Shown here piece after piece: positions 18,723 through 30,527 of a stretch of 39,547 nucleotides of DNA. The position numbers and the translations under genes were made by a program. The DNA is from Halanaerobiaceae bacterium (lineage in GTDB: Bacteria > Bacillota > Halanaerobiia > Halanaerobiales > Halarsenatibacteraceae): assembly GCA_007130465.1 (NCBI GenBank), contig SLSL01000055.1, forward strand, positions 1 to 39,547, read 5' to 3'. Position 1 is the first letter of the stretch. Every line of letters begins with the position of its first letter. The notes under the pieces were generated by a model. The model was given only the letters and a program-made list of their open reading frames with translations. It had not been told where the DNA came from and ran no database searches.

Positions 18723-19274
18723 TTAATTGGTATCAATATTATAATCTTCATGTTGAATAAGTCTCATCTCTGTAATAGGCCAGAAAACCCAGGAAGCTTT
18801 TCCATGAATTGAATCTTCGTCAACATAACCTACTAGAGACTCAAACCTACTATCAGCACTATGATTTCTATTATCTCCTAAAACAAAATAACTATCTTCA
18901 GGAACCTCAAAAGGACCTGAACTTCCAATCTCCCTCATAGGCTCTTTTATATAATCTTCTTCAACTGGTTCGCCATTAATATATAATGTTTCTTCTCTTA
19001 AATAAATTTTATCCCCAGGCAGTCCTAAAACTCTTTTAATATACCTTTTATCCTCAGCTCCCTGAGGAGTAAAAACAACAATTTCGCCTCTTTCAGGATC
19101 TCTGAAACGATATATTAATTTATTAGCAATTAATCTTTCACCATTTTGTAAAGTGTCTTCCATTGAACTTCCTTCAACAACAAAGGATTGTGCAACAAAT
19201 GTTATAATTAAAAAAGCTAGAACACCTGCTATTACCAGCGATTGTATAAATTCTTTAATATCACTACTATCCAC
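18723..19274 (-). CDS. lepB: Signal peptidase I
   Basis: Single N-terminal TM, GSSMEDTL (Ser), YIKRVLG (Lys), LGDNRNHSADSR. GTG at 19274 follows GGAGGT (ORF track 19289). Confidence 0.94.
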   Translation of the reverse strand: MDSSDIKEFIQSLVIAGVLAFLIITFVAQSFVVEGSSMEDTLQNGERLIANKLIYRFRDPERGEIVVFTPQGAEDKRYIKRVLGLPGDKIYLREETLYINGEPVEEDYIKEPMREIGSSGPFEVPEDSYFVLGDNRNHSADSRFESLVGYVDEDSIHGKASWVFWPITEMRLIQHEDYNIDTN

Positions 19275-19316
19275 CAGAATTACCTCCATCCAGGCTTATT
19301 AAAATCTTGACAGACA

Positions 19317-19607
19317 TTAATTATTATTTTCTTCATTATCGTAGTCTTCACTTTTATCAAGATGACTTATTGAAGATTTCATTAAATCAATATCTACATT
19401 AGAAGAAATTCTTACCCTAACAATATTATCTTTAATTTTAACTATCTTTCCTTTAATACCTCCAGCGGTAACTATTTTATCACCTACCTGAAGATTACTT
19501 AACATATTCTGATGTTCTTTCTGCTGCTTCTTCTGTGGCCTAATTAAGAAAAACCAAAAAACTCCAAAAATTAAAATCCACGGTACCAAAGATAAAATCA
19601 ATTCCAT
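19317..19607 (-). CDS. yajC: Preprotein translocase subunit YajC
   Basis: FWFFLIRPQKKQQK, L.VGDKIVTAGGI.G. ATG at 19607 follows AGGAGG. Confidence 0.95.
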   Translation of the reverse strand: MELILSLVPWILIFGVFWFFLIRPQKKQQKEHQNMLSNLQVGDKIVTAGGIKGKIVKIKDNIVRVRISSNVDIDLMKSSISHLDKSEDYDNEENNN

Positions 19608-19659
19608 TAAAAAACTCCTCCTTATATTCTGTGTTAATTCTCTAACCATCTTTTCTTAT

Positions 19660-19686
19660 ATTCAACAAAAATCTTAATAATCCTTC
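19660..19686 (-). promoter_or_regulatory. SigH-type promoter upstream of yajC
   Basis: GAAGGATTA-11 nt-GTTGAAT, a full match to RNAGGAWWW-N11/12-RNNGAAT. Confidence 0.65.
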
Positions 19687-19718
19687 ATTTTAATAAAGAT
19701 TAATAAAATCCAAGCCAA

Positions 19719-21871
<2,153 letters not shown>

Positions 21872-21891
21872 TAACATACCTCCAAACAAAG

Positions 21892-22914
21892 CTAATCAAA
21901 CAAAGACTTTTCATCACTTTCTCTATTATTTATATTTAAATGTTTATAAGCCAATTTAGTAGCCTTTCTGCCTCGAGGAGTTCTTTCTAAAAATCCTAAT
22001 TGTAATAAATATGGTTCATAAACATCCTCAATTGTTTCTGCTTCCTCACTTATAGCTGCAGAAATTGTCTTTAAACCAACAGGGCCACCACCAAATTTAT
22101 TAATAATAGATTTTAACAATCTATAATCAAGTCTATCTAATCCTAATTCATCTATTTCTAATAATTTAAGAGCCTTACTTACTACAGTAGGGGTAATCAC
22201 CCCATCGGCCTTAACCTCAGCATAATCCCTTACCCTCCGCAATAAGCGATTAGCTATTCTTGGAGTTCCTCGGGAACGACAGGCAATCTCTTCTGAACCA
22301 TCATCAGAAATTTCGACTCCAAGAATCCGAGCTGATCTCTGAACAATCTGGCTTAACTCATTATTATCATAAAATTCCAATCTATTGATAACGCCAAATC
22401 TATCCCTTAAAGGAGATGACAACTGGCCTGCTCTTGTTGTAGCCCCAACAAGAGTAAATTCTGGCAAATCAAGTCTTACAGATCTTGCAGATGGCCCCTT
22501 GCCTATCATTATATCCAGTCCATAATCCTCCATAGCTGGATATAAAACCTCTTCAACTACTCGATTTAATCTATGAATTTCATCGATAAAAAGAATATCC
22601 TTACTATTTAAATTAGTTAAAATACTAGCCAGATCACCAGGCCTCTCTATCGCTGGACCACTGGTCGTATGAATATTGACACTTAACTCGTTTGCAATAA
22701 TATTAGCCAGTGTCGTTTTTCCAAGTCCTGGAGGACCATATAACATCACATGATCTAGAGCTTCCCCTCTTTGCCTGGCTGCCTGAATAAATATCTTTAA
22801 TTTTTCTTTTACTTTTTTCTGTCCAACATAATATTTTAACTGCTTAGGCCTTAAAGTTTTATCAAATTCATCATCCTGTTTTTCTTCAGGAGTAACAACT
22901 CTTTCCTGATCCAT
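21892..22914 (-). CDS. ruvB: Holliday junction helicase RuvB
   Basis: [45 protein letters not shown]. Confidence 0.98.
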   Translation of the reverse strand: MDQERVVTPEEKQDDEFDKTLRPKQLKYYVGQKKVKEKLKIFIQAARQRGEALDHVMLYGPPGLGKTTLANIIANELSVNIHTTSGPAIERPGDLASILTNLNSKDILFIDEIHRLNRVVEEVLYPAMEDYGLDIMIGKGPSARSVRLDLPEFTLVGATTRAGQLSSPLRDRFGVINRLEFYDNNELSQIVQRSARILGVEISDDGSEEIACRSRGTPRIANRLLRRVRDYAEVKADGVITPTVVSKALKLLEIDELGLDRLDYRLLKSIINKFGGGPVGLKTISAAISEEAETIEDVYEPYLLQLGFLERTPRGRKATKLAYKHLNINNRESDEKSLFD

Positions 22915-22920
22915 AATTAC

Positions 22921-23508
22921 CTACTCCTTGCCAAGATAATTTAATACCTGCATAATCTTATCTTCCAATTCTCCAGATAATTCACTGCCTAAATCATGAA
23001 CTGCATTATTAATCTCGCTATCCTGATAACCAAGATTATTTAAAGCAGAATATAATTCGTCATCATGAACTAAAGTTGTTGAACCAGTCTTGCTTCCAGA
23101 AGCCAGCAAAATATCATCTAATTTATCCTGTAACTCTAAAATCAATCTCTGACCACTCTTTGGCCCGATACCACTTACCTGCTTTAAAACATTTATATCT
23201 TCATTAATTACTGCCTGAGCAAACTTTTCAGGAGAAAGTGTTGATATTATACTCAGCGCAACTTTAGGGCCTATGCCAGAAACTGATAATAGCTTAATAA
23301 ATAATTGTTTGCTTTCCTTTTCCTTAAATCCAAATAATTCTAAGGCATCTTCCCTTACATAAGTGTATATATATAACTCGCAATCATCTCCATTTTGATA
23401 ATAGCTAAAGGCCGCTGGTAAATTAACCTGATAACCAACGCCATTAACAGATACTATTAATTCCTCTGTTTTAACTTCAACTACTTTCCCATTTAAATAT
23501 CCAATCAA
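22921..23508 (-). CDS. ruvA: Holliday junction protein RuvA
   Basis: MIGYLNG, GVGY, VREDA..LFGF, VSGIGPK twice, LGY. Confidence 0.96.
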   Translation of the reverse strand: MIGYLNGKVVEVKTEELIVSVNGVGYQVNLPAAFSYYQNGDDCELYIYTYVREDALELFGFKEKESKQLFIKLLSVSGIGPKVALSIISTLSPEKFAQAVINEDINVLKQVSGIGPKSGQRLILELQDKLDDILLASGSKTGSTTLVHDDELYSALNNLGYQDSEINNAVHDLGSELSGELEDKIMQVLNYLGKE

Positions 23509-24002
23509 ATCTGGTCACCCCACCTTTTATTAAAACCATGATTGTGACCATGACAGATTGCAACTGCAAGAGCATCAGCTGCATCATCAGGTTCTGGAAT
23601 TGATTCTAAGTTTAATAAAGCCTTAACCATATGCTGTACCTGATGTTTGCTAGCCCTACCATAACCAACAACAGCCTGTTTAACCTGTAGTGGAGTATAT
23701 TCAGATACTTTTAAACCAGCATCTGCACCTGCAAGCAGAATAACTCCTCTTGCCTGGCCAACTCTAATTGCTGTTTTTACATTTTTATTAAAAAATAATT
23801 CCTCAACAGCCATGCAATCAGGTTGGTTTTCTTCAATCAATCCCTGAAGTCTATCATAAATTATTTTTAATCTTTTAACATCCGTCATGTCAGCCTCTGT
23901 TTCAATTACATCATAATTATTTAACTTAAAAGAATTATTATTTTTTTCTACAAAAGCATAACCTAAAGTAGCCAGGCCTGGATCTATCCCCATTATTTTC
24001 AA
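23505..24002 (-). CDS. ruvC: Crossover junction endodeoxyribonuclease RuvC
   Basis: GIDPG, AVEELFFNKN, GQARGV, EYTPLQVK, DDAADALAVA. TTG at 24002 follows GGAGGT. Confidence 0.96.
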   Translation of the reverse strand: MKIMGIDPGLATLGYAFVEKNNNSFKLNNYDVIETEADMTDVKRLKIIYDRLQGLIEENQPDCMAVEELFFNKNVKTAIRVGQARGVILLAGADAGLKVSEYTPLQVKQAVVGYGRASKHQVQHMVKALLNLESIPEPDDAADALAVAICHGHNHGFNKRWGDQI

Positions 24003-24020
24003 AAAAACACCTCCACCAAT

Positions 24021-24051
24021 AAAACCAAAAGACACTGACGATATCAGTGCC
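24021..24051 (-). terminator. Terminator-like hairpin between yebC and ruvC
   Basis: GGCACTGAT-ATC-GTCAGTGTC followed by TTTTGGTTTT. Confidence 0.55.
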
Positions 24052-24077
24052 TTAAAAATTAAAGAAACATAAGACTA

Positions 24078-24836
24078 CTACTCATCTTCTATCTCCTCAA
24101 GAACTGATTCAGGAATGTTAAAATTAGCATATATCTCCTGGACATCATCATGATCTTCTAATTCATCCATTAAATTAAGAATTTTTTTTGCACCTGATTT
24201 TTCAAGAGCAACAGTATTATTTGGTAACATAACAATATCTGAATCTTTAAATTCATAATCATTTTTCTCTAATTCCTCTTTAACAGAAATAAATTCTTTA
24301 GGATCAGTTAAAACCCTAATAATATCTCCTTCAAACTTAACATCTTCAGCACCTGCTTCCAGGGCATCTAGTAAAACTTCATCTTCATCAAAGCTATCAT
24401 CAGAATTATCTAATACTAATTGTCCTTTCCTATCAAACATCCAGGCAACACAACCTGATTCACCTAGATTACCCCCATTATCAGAAAGGATATGTCGTAT
24501 CTCAGAAGCTGCACGATTCCTATTATCTGTAGTTATTTCCAGATATAAAGCTACCCCTTCTGGACCATAACCTTCATAATCAAAACTTTCATAATCTACA
24601 CCCTCTAATTCTCCTGTTCCTCTTTTTATAGCCCTTTCAATATTTTCATTGGGCATATTATTATCTCTTGCTTTATCAATAACCATTCTAAGCTCCGCAT
24701 TCATTTCAGGATCGCCGCCACCTTCACGAGCAGCAACTGCTATCCTTTTACTTAACTTAGAAAACAATTTAGCTCTTCTTCTATCTTCTTTCTGCTTTTT
24801 ATGCTTTATATTAGCCCATTTAGAATGGCCAGCCAT
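24078..24836 (-). CDS. yebC: YebC/PmpR family protein
   Basis: MAGHSKWANIKHKK, YEGYGPEG, TDNRNR, LEDHDDVQEIYAN. Confidence 0.96.
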   Translation of the reverse strand: MAGHSKWANIKHKKQKEDRRRAKLFSKLSKRIAVAAREGGGDPEMNAELRMVIDKARDNNMPNENIERAIKRGTGELEGVDYESFDYEGYGPEGVALYLEITTDNRNRAASEIRHILSDNGGNLGESGCVAWMFDRKGQLVLDNSDDSFDEDEVLLDALEAGAEDVKFEGDIIRVLTDPKEFISVKEELEKNDYEFKDSDIVMLPNNTVALEKSGAKKILNLMDELEDHDDVQEIYANFNIPESVLEEIEDE

Positions 24837-24867
24837 ATCAATCCCTCCTGCATAGATACTAGAGTTA

Positions 24868-24896
24868 ATTTTAACATAAAACAAACAAATTTTCAA
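24868..24896 (-). promoter_or_regulatory. Putative sigma-A promoter of yebC
   Basis: TTGAAA(24891-24896)-17 nt-TAAAAT(24868-24873) with an extended TG. Confidence 0.65.
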
Positions 24897-24898
24897 TC

Positions 24899-24925
24899 AA
24901 ATAAACCCATGGCTCTAGCCATGGG
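24899..24925 (-). terminator. Intrinsic terminator of rnpB
   Basis: CCCATGGC-TAGA-GCCATGGG followed by TTTATTT. Confidence 0.75.
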
Positions 24926-24935
24926 AATAAAGTAA

Positions 24936-25278
24936 TGGTAAGTTGGCCTGTAAGCCGGGTTCTGTCTTGAATGGTCATCTATCTGCAGCTATAGTTACCT
25001 ATAGCTGTCAAGCGTCCTTACCCGGAGGAAAAGCGGGCAGCTTTATTTCCTCTCTATTTGGACTTACTCCAGGTGGGGTTTACCTAGCAGTCCAGTTGCC
25101 TGAACTCTGGTGAGCTCTTACCTCACCATTTCACCCTTACTGTTAAAAACAGCGGTATCTTTTCTGTGGCACTTGCCTGGGAGTCGCCTCCACTGGGTAT
25201 TACCCAGCACCCTGCCCTATGGAGCCCGGACTTTCCTCAGTTTCATTAAGAAACTGCGACCATCTGGCCAACTTACCA
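24936..25278 (-). ncRNA. rnpB: RNase P RNA (bacterial type A)
   Basis: GAGGAAAGTCCGGGCTC, AGTGCCACAGAAA, GGGTGAAA.GG, GGTAAACCCC, ACAGAACCCGGCTTA motifs; P1 helix TGGTAAGTTGGCC / GGCCAACTTACCA. Confidence 0.97.
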
Positions 25279-25297
25279 ATAATTTTTAACCTTTTTA

Positions 25298-25326
25298 ATT
25301 ATAGCACCATTCATCTTAAATATCAA
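25298..25326 (-). promoter_or_regulatory. Sigma-A promoter of rnpB
   Basis: TTGATA(25321-25326)-17 nt-TATAAT(25298-25303) with an extended TG. Confidence 0.75.
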
Positions 25327-26438
25327 GTAGAATATAAGTTCCAGATAGAACTCTGTCCTCTTAATTTAATTATATCAGGTTTTTCAGTAGATGAATAATT
25401 TAAATCATCTAAATAATCTTTAATCAAATCAGGAAAAACCTTTTCTGTACCATAATGTCCAGCATTTATCAGAGCCATACCTGATTCAAGTGCAGATTGA
25501 GCCTCATGATATTTAACATCTCCGGTTATCAGGACATCTGCTCCCTGTCTGGAGGCGATTTTAATGAAATCTGCTCCACTTCCACATGCAATTGCTACTT
25601 TTTTAATTTCTTTATCTTTATTCCCTGCTATCTGTACATAATCTAGATTTAGCTTATCATTAACAAAGTCAGCCAATTCAGTTAACTTCATCTTATTATT
25701 TAAAAGCCCAATTCTAGCTGGCAGATATTCCCCCTGTAACTTTTCCGATTGAAAAACATCAAAAACTGGTTCTTCATAAGGATGAACATTATAATAGGTA
25801 GAAACCAATTTATCTAAATCTCTTTCATCAACAATAACTTCAAGTCTATATTCTGAAACTTCAGATCTTTCTCCGAGATTACCTTTAGCTGGATTACTGC
25901 CCTTTAAGGGTCTAAATGAACCATTTCCCTGAGAAGAATAACTAACCTGATCATAATTACCAAATTTTCCTGCACCAGCATTAAAAAGGGCTGTTCTAAC
26001 ATTTTCAAAATCTGGTTCTGGTATATAACCTACAAACTTTTTTAAAGGTAACTGATCACTTAAATTCTTAACATCCATAAGGCCAAATATATTAGCCAAA
26101 TAATCATTTATGCCATTTTCAGCATGATCAATATTTGTGTGGGCAACAATTATGCTTAACTCAGATTGAATAGCTTTAATAATGATTTTCCCAGTAGTAT
26201 TACCAGCATGCACATTATTTATTCCCTTAAAAATTAAAGGGTGATGAACTATTAATAATTGACACCCAGTTTCAACTGCTTCATTTACAACCCCTTTTGT
26301 AGCATCTAAAGCAACCCCTATCTTGTTTACTGACCAATCAGGGTTCCCAACCTGAATTCCAATATTATCCCAGTCTTCTGCTAAAAATGGTGGTGCCAGT
26401 TTATTAATTTTCCCGGCTATCTCACTTACAGTAATCAT
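25323..26438 (-). CDS. Nif3-like dinuclear metal protein (YqfO type, with PII-like insert)
   Basis: WDNIGIQVG, VHHPLIF, HTNID, AGAG.FGNYD, HPYEEP, CGSG, TGDVKYH, AGHYGTE. Confidence 0.93.
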   Translation of the reverse strand: MITVSEIAGKINKLAPPFLAEDWDNIGIQVGNPDWSVNKIGVALDATKGVVNEAVETGCQLLIVHHPLIFKGINNVHAGNTTGKIIIKAIQSELSIIVAHTNIDHAENGINDYLANIFGLMDVKNLSDQLPLKKFVGYIPEPDFENVRTALFNAGAGKFGNYDQVSYSSQGNGSFRPLKGSNPAKGNLGERSEVSEYRLEVIVDERDLDKLVSTYYNVHPYEEPVFDVFQSEKLQGEYLPARIGLLNNKMKLTELADFVNDKLNLDYVQIAGNKDKEIKKVAIACGSGADFIKIASRQGADVLITGDVKYHEAQSALESGMALINAGHYGTEKVFPDLIKDYLDDLNYSSTEKPDIIKLRGQSSIWNLYST

Positions 26439-26457
26439 ATTTTACCCCCTTAAATAT

Positions 26458-26490
26458 AAATAAAACCCTGCTCCATTAAAGAACAAGGTT
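26458..26490 (-). terminator. Probable terminator after the tRNA
   Basis: AACCTTGTTC-TTTAATG-GAGCAGGGTT (10 bp, 2 G-U) followed by TTATTT. Confidence 0.5.
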
Positions 26491-26500
26491 ATTAATTACA

Positions 26501-26577
26501 TGGTGGGCCCACCAGGACTCGAACCTGGGACTAATCGGTTATGAGCCGATTGCTCTGACCAACTGAGCTATGGGCCC
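26501..26577 (-). tRNA. tRNA-Ile2 (anticodon CAT, lysidine-modified; reads AUA)
   Basis: 77-nt cloverleaf GGGCCCATAGCTCAGTTGG...CTCATAA...GTTCGAG...TGGGCCCACCA. G1-C72 is paired (not initiator), C4-G69/C5-G68 pairs and the loop CTCATAA are typical of Ile2, and CCA is encoded. Confidence 0.9.
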
Positions 26578-26604
26578 TATCAAATTTCTCTCAGCACATA
26601 TTAA

Positions 26605-26633
26605 ATTATAGAATAAAAACTTTAATTCGTCAA
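26605..26633 (-). promoter_or_regulatory. Sigma-A promoter of the tRNA
   Basis: TTGACG(26628-26633)-17 nt-TATAAT(26605-26610). Confidence 0.8.
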
Positions 26634-26636
26634 GGG

Positions 26637-27707
26637 TTAATCCAAATAATCTCTTAATTTTTTGCTTCTGGTAGGATGACGGAGCTTTCTTAAGGCTTTT
26701 GACTCTATCTGCCTTATTCTCTCCCTGGTGACTCCAAATTCTTTGCCAACCTCTTCTAAAGTACGTGGTCTGCCATCCTCAATTCCAAATCTTAATTCAA
26801 GAACCCTTTTCTCCCTGTCAGTTAATGAATCAAGAACCTGATCAATTTGTTCCTTTAAAAGAGAATAAGAAGCAGCATTGGCAGGAGCAGGAGCATCTTC
26901 ATCTTCAATAAAATCTCCTAAATTACTATCTTCTTCTTCACCAATTGGTGTTTCAAGTGAAACTGGTTCCTGAGAAATTTTCATAATCTCCCTTACTTTA
27001 TCAGAACTCAAATCCATCTCTTCTCCTATTTCTTCAGGAGTAGGTTCTCTTCCTAATTCCTGTAGCAACTGCCTTGAAACCCTAATTAATTTATTGATTG
27101 TTTCTACCATGTGAACAGGAATTCTTATAGTTCTAGCCTGATCTGCTATAGCTCTAGTTATTGCCTGGCGTATCCACCAGGTAGCATAGGTGCTAAATTT
27201 ATACCCTTTAGTATAATCAAATTTTTCAACAGCTTTCATCAAACCAACATTACCTTCCTGAATAAGATCTAAAAATAATAATCCTCTTCCAACATACTTT
27301 TTAGCAATACTTACAACCAGCCTTAAGTTAGCTTCTATAAGTTCCTGCCTGGCTGTTTCGTCACCTTCTTCAATTCTTTTTGCAATACTAACCTCTTCTT
27401 CAGCAGTTAAAAGATCTACCTTTCCTATTTCCTTTAAATACATTCTAACAGGGTCATCAATCCCCACTCCCTGGGGAGTAGATAGATCCAAGCTTTTGTC
27501 TTCTTCAGATTCTTCCCCTTCTTCAATCACATCTATATCCATCTCATTAAAGATACCATAAACCTCTTCTATATCATTAGAATCAAGTTCAACATCTTCT
27601 AATGCATCCATAATCTCTTTATATGTCAATTTTCCTTCTTTTTTTCCGTGTTTTATCAGTTTTCTAACTTCTTTAATCTTGCCGGGACTTGCATAATCAT
27701 CTGACAT
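26637..27707 (-). CDS. rpoD: Primary RNA polymerase sigma factor SigA/RpoD
   Basis: [64 protein letters not shown]; region 1.1 present. Confidence 0.98.
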   Translation of the reverse strand: MSDDYASPGKIKEVRKLIKHGKKEGKLTYKEIMDALEDVELDSNDIEEVYGIFNEMDIDVIEEGEESEEDKSLDLSTPQGVGIDDPVRMYLKEIGKVDLLTAEEEVSIAKRIEEGDETARQELIEANLRLVVSIAKKYVGRGLLFLDLIQEGNVGLMKAVEKFDYTKGYKFSTYATWWIRQAITRAIADQARTIRIPVHMVETINKLIRVSRQLLQELGREPTPEEIGEEMDLSSDKVREIMKISQEPVSLETPIGEEEDSNLGDFIEDEDAPAPANAASYSLLKEQIDQVLDSLTDREKRVLELRFGIEDGRPRTLEEVGKEFGVTRERIRQIESKALRKLRHPTRSKKLRDYLD

Positions 27708-29461
27708 TATACGTCCCTCCTTTCTAATCTTAATAATCTTTTATAATATAATAATAAATTATTTATATAATCACATTCCTTAGACTTATTTAATTCAATT
27801 AAAATATTACTAATCTCTTTCTCTATATTACCGGTTATTACTTCTTTAATCAAATTATTAAATTTATTTTTTGATGGAAACCTGTCCTCGGCAAAAAAAT
27901 ACCGGGCCAAATTATCTCTTTTCTCCTCAGCCAGGTCAGAAATAACCTCTGTAGCAGTAATATCAATATCTCCCCAGATCTGTCTCGCAATTTCAGCAGT
28001 AGTCTCAGAAAAATAAGCAGGATCCAATTTATCAATACCTATCTCACGATATTTCTGATTCTGCAACATATAAGCCAGTACTTGCCATTCAGGATCCTTT
28101 GTATCTTCTTCAATACTCTTTTCCTGAGCTCTATTCTGCTGCTTCCAACTTCTGGATTTTTTATTTTCTTTCTTAACTTTTTCAATTTTATTTTTTATCT
28201 CTTTATAACCAATCTCAGTCTTTTCAGCCAGAACCTTTGCATAGGCATCCTGAGTTAATTCATCTTTAATAGTTGCAAGAAAATCTACACCTGCCTTAGC
28301 TGCCTTTAATCTACTGTTAGCAGATTGGTCATAATATTTTTCCATTATTAAATCAATTCTATACTCAATTAAGTCAGGAGCTTTAGATTCCAGCTCAATA
28401 AAAGCATCACTGCCTTTATTTTTAATATAATCATCAGGATCAAGGTCCTGAGGCAACTCAATAATTGCCACATCAAGTCCTGCCTGACGCAAAATCTCCA
28501 GGCCTCTTAAAGTAGCCTTATCACCGGCAGTATCAGCATCATATGCTATATATACTTTATCACAATATCTTTTTAATAAATTTGCCTGTTCCCTGGTTAA
28601 AGCTGTTCCTAGAGAGGCAACAAAATTTGTTAATCCAAACTTATGGGCAGTCAAAACATCAGTATAACCTTCAACGATAACTGCTTCATTTTTATCCTGA
28701 ATCCCCTCTTTTGAAATATTAAGTCCATAGAGCAATTTTTTCTTAGAAAAAACAGGGCTTTCAGGTGAATTCAAATATTTAGGAAAATCCTCTGGATCTA
28801 TAACCCTTCCTCCAAAACCAATAACTTCTGATCTGACATTATAAATTGGAAAAATAACTCTACCTCTAAAACGATCGTAATAGCTATTATTTTTTCCAGC
28901 TACAACCAGACCGGATTTTAGTAAAACTTCCTGGTTAAAACCTTTATCAGACAGAAAATTATATAGGCCCCTCCAACTATCTGGGGCATATCCTAAATTA
29001 AATTTTTTAATATCCTCCTCATTAAATCCTCGCTCATTAAGATATTCTTTAGCTTCACTGGCAATATCATTATTTAAAAGTAAATAATTATAAAATTTTG
29101 AGGCTAAATTATTAGCAGAAAAGATAGCCTCTCTTAGCTTCATCTCTTCTTTATCGATCCCGCCCTTAATATCAACTTCTATGCCTGCCCTTTCAGCAAG
29201 AGTTAAAACCGATTCTTGAAAAGACAAATTATCGATCTCCTGAATAAAATTTATTGAATCTCCTCCAGCCCCACAACCAAAGCAATAATAAAACTGCTTA
29301 TTAGGATTAACAGTAAAAGAAGGTGTGTTTTCCTGGTGAAATGGACATAGGGCAACATAATTTTTGCCTGAACTACTCAGGTCTATATACTCCCCGATTA
29401 ATTCAACAATATCTATCTCTGCCTTTATTTTATTAATTATATCTCTTGATATAGAAGCCAT
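27707..29461 (-). CDS. dnaG: DNA primase
   Basis: CPFH...CFGC zinc finger, DRFRGR, FGGR, KYLNSPE, TOPRIM VEGYTDV, YDAD.AG, DPDD. Confidence 0.97.
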   Translation of the reverse strand: MASISRDIINKIKAEIDIVELIGEYIDLSSSGKNYVALCPFHQENTPSFTVNPNKQFYYCFGCGAGGDSINFIQEIDNLSFQESVLTLAERAGIEVDIKGGIDKEEMKLREAIFSANNLASKFYNYLLLNNDIASEAKEYLNERGFNEEDIKKFNLGYAPDSWRGLYNFLSDKGFNQEVLLKSGLVVAGKNNSYYDRFRGRVIFPIYNVRSEVIGFGGRVIDPEDFPKYLNSPESPVFSKKKLLYGLNISKEGIQDKNEAVIVEGYTDVLTAHKFGLTNFVASLGTALTREQANLLKRYCDKVYIAYDADTAGDKATLRGLEILRQAGLDVAIIELPQDLDPDDYIKNKGSDAFIELESKAPDLIEYRIDLIMEKYYDQSANSRLKAAKAGVDFLATIKDELTQDAYAKVLAEKTEIGYKEIKNKIEKVKKENKKSRSWKQQNRAQEKSIEEDTKDPEWQVLAYMLQNQKYREIGIDKLDPAYFSETTAEIARQIWGDIDITATEVISDLAEEKRDNLARYFFAEDRFPSKNKFNNLIKEVITGNIEKEISNILIELNKSKECDYINNLLLYYKRLLRLERRDV

Positions 29462-29482
29462 AATTATCAATCCTATATTATA

Positions 29483-29509
29483 TTTCGTTATAATTAAATA
29501 AAATCCTGC
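29483..29509 (-). promoter_or_regulatory. SigH-type promoter upstream of dnaG-sigA
   Basis: GCAGGATTT-11 nt-AACGAAA (one mismatch in the -10). Confidence 0.55.
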
Positions 29510-29515
29510 ATGCTC

Positions 29516-30526
29516 CTAAAAGAAAGAAGATGATGGAATAAAAAGCTCTCTTCCCTGATTTATCGCATACCGATCGGTCATGCCTGCAATATAGTCTATT
29601 ACAGCCTGTTCTTTACCTTCTTTATCAATCCGCTCATAAAACTCTGAAGGCATAGCTTCAGGTTTATCATAGTAATAAAAATATAATCTCTCTAGAAGTT
29701 TCTGAGCTTTTTCTTCCTCTACCTTAGCTTCAGAACCTATATATACATTATTAAATAGAAAATCTCTTAATTTATTTGTAACCTCATCCACCTCATCAGA
29801 CATTCCAATAGTATCACTTTTAGAACTAGTTGCTATTATATCTTTAACCATAATATCTATTCGATCAGATTGTCTTTTACCTAACACCTCTATGCAGCTA
29901 TAAGGAATATCCTCAAGACAGATAATATCTGCTCTCATAGCATCATCAAGATCATGGTTGATATAAGCAATTCTATCAGCAATTTTTACTATCTGCCCCT
30001 CAAGAGTTTCAGGCAACTTTTCTCCTGTATGATTTAAAATACCATCTCTGACCTCATAACTCAAATTCAAGCCAAATCTGTTTCCATTTCTGCTCTCTAA
30101 CTTATCAACGACCCTTAAACTCTGGTGATTATGCTGAAATCCTTTATCTGAAAGCCTATTTAAAACTTCCTCACCAGCATGACCAAAAGGAGTATGGCCA
30201 AGATCATGAGCCAGGGCAATAGCTTCAGTCAAATCCTCATTTAAACCTAAAGAGCGGGCAATAGTTCTTGAAATTTGAGATACCTCAAGGGTATGAGTCA
30301 GTCTTGTTCTAAAATGATCTCCCATAGGTGAAATAAATACCTGAGTTTTATGCTTTAAACGCCTAAAAGACTTTGAATGAATAATTCTATCTCGATCCTG
30401 TTGGAATATCATTCGAAATTTACATAATTTCTCAGGGTCTCTTCTGCCCCTACTTTCAGAACTATACTGGGCTCTAGGTGATAACTTTTTAATTTCTAGT
30501 TCTTCTAAATCTTCACGGGTAAACAT
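29516..30526 (-). CDS. Deoxyguanosinetriphosphate triphosphohydrolase-like HD protein
   Basis: FQQDRDRIIHSKSFRRLKHKTQVF, RTRLTHTLEV, HDLGHTPFGHAGE, DYIAGMTD. Start 30526 or 30550. Confidence 0.94.
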   Translation of the reverse strand: MFTREDLEELEIKKLSPRAQYSSESRGRRDPEKLCKFRMIFQQDRDRIIHSKSFRRLKHKTQVFISPMGDHFRTRLTHTLEVSQISRTIARSLGLNEDLTEAIALAHDLGHTPFGHAGEEVLNRLSDKGFQHNHQSLRVVDKLESRNGNRFGLNLSYEVRDGILNHTGEKLPETLEGQIVKIADRIAYINHDLDDAMRADIICLEDIPYSCIEVLGKRQSDRIDIMVKDIIATSSKSDTIGMSDEVDEVTNKLRDFLFNNVYIGSEAKVEEEKAQKLLERLYFYYYDKPEAMPSEFYERIDKEGKEQAVIDYIAGMTDRYAINQGRELFIPSSSFF

Positions 30527-30527
30527 C

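Noticed and set aside
24003-24077. LexA (Cheo) box upstream of ruvCAB
   Set aside because: No GAAC-N4-GTTC present
26439-26636. tRNA as an integration site for a mobile element
   Set aside because: No integrase, no duplicated tRNA 3' end, and the flanks are core genes
27850-28035. 61-aa alternative-frame ORF inside dnaG
   Set aside because: Fully nested in an intact gene, with no motif and no sign of a frameshift
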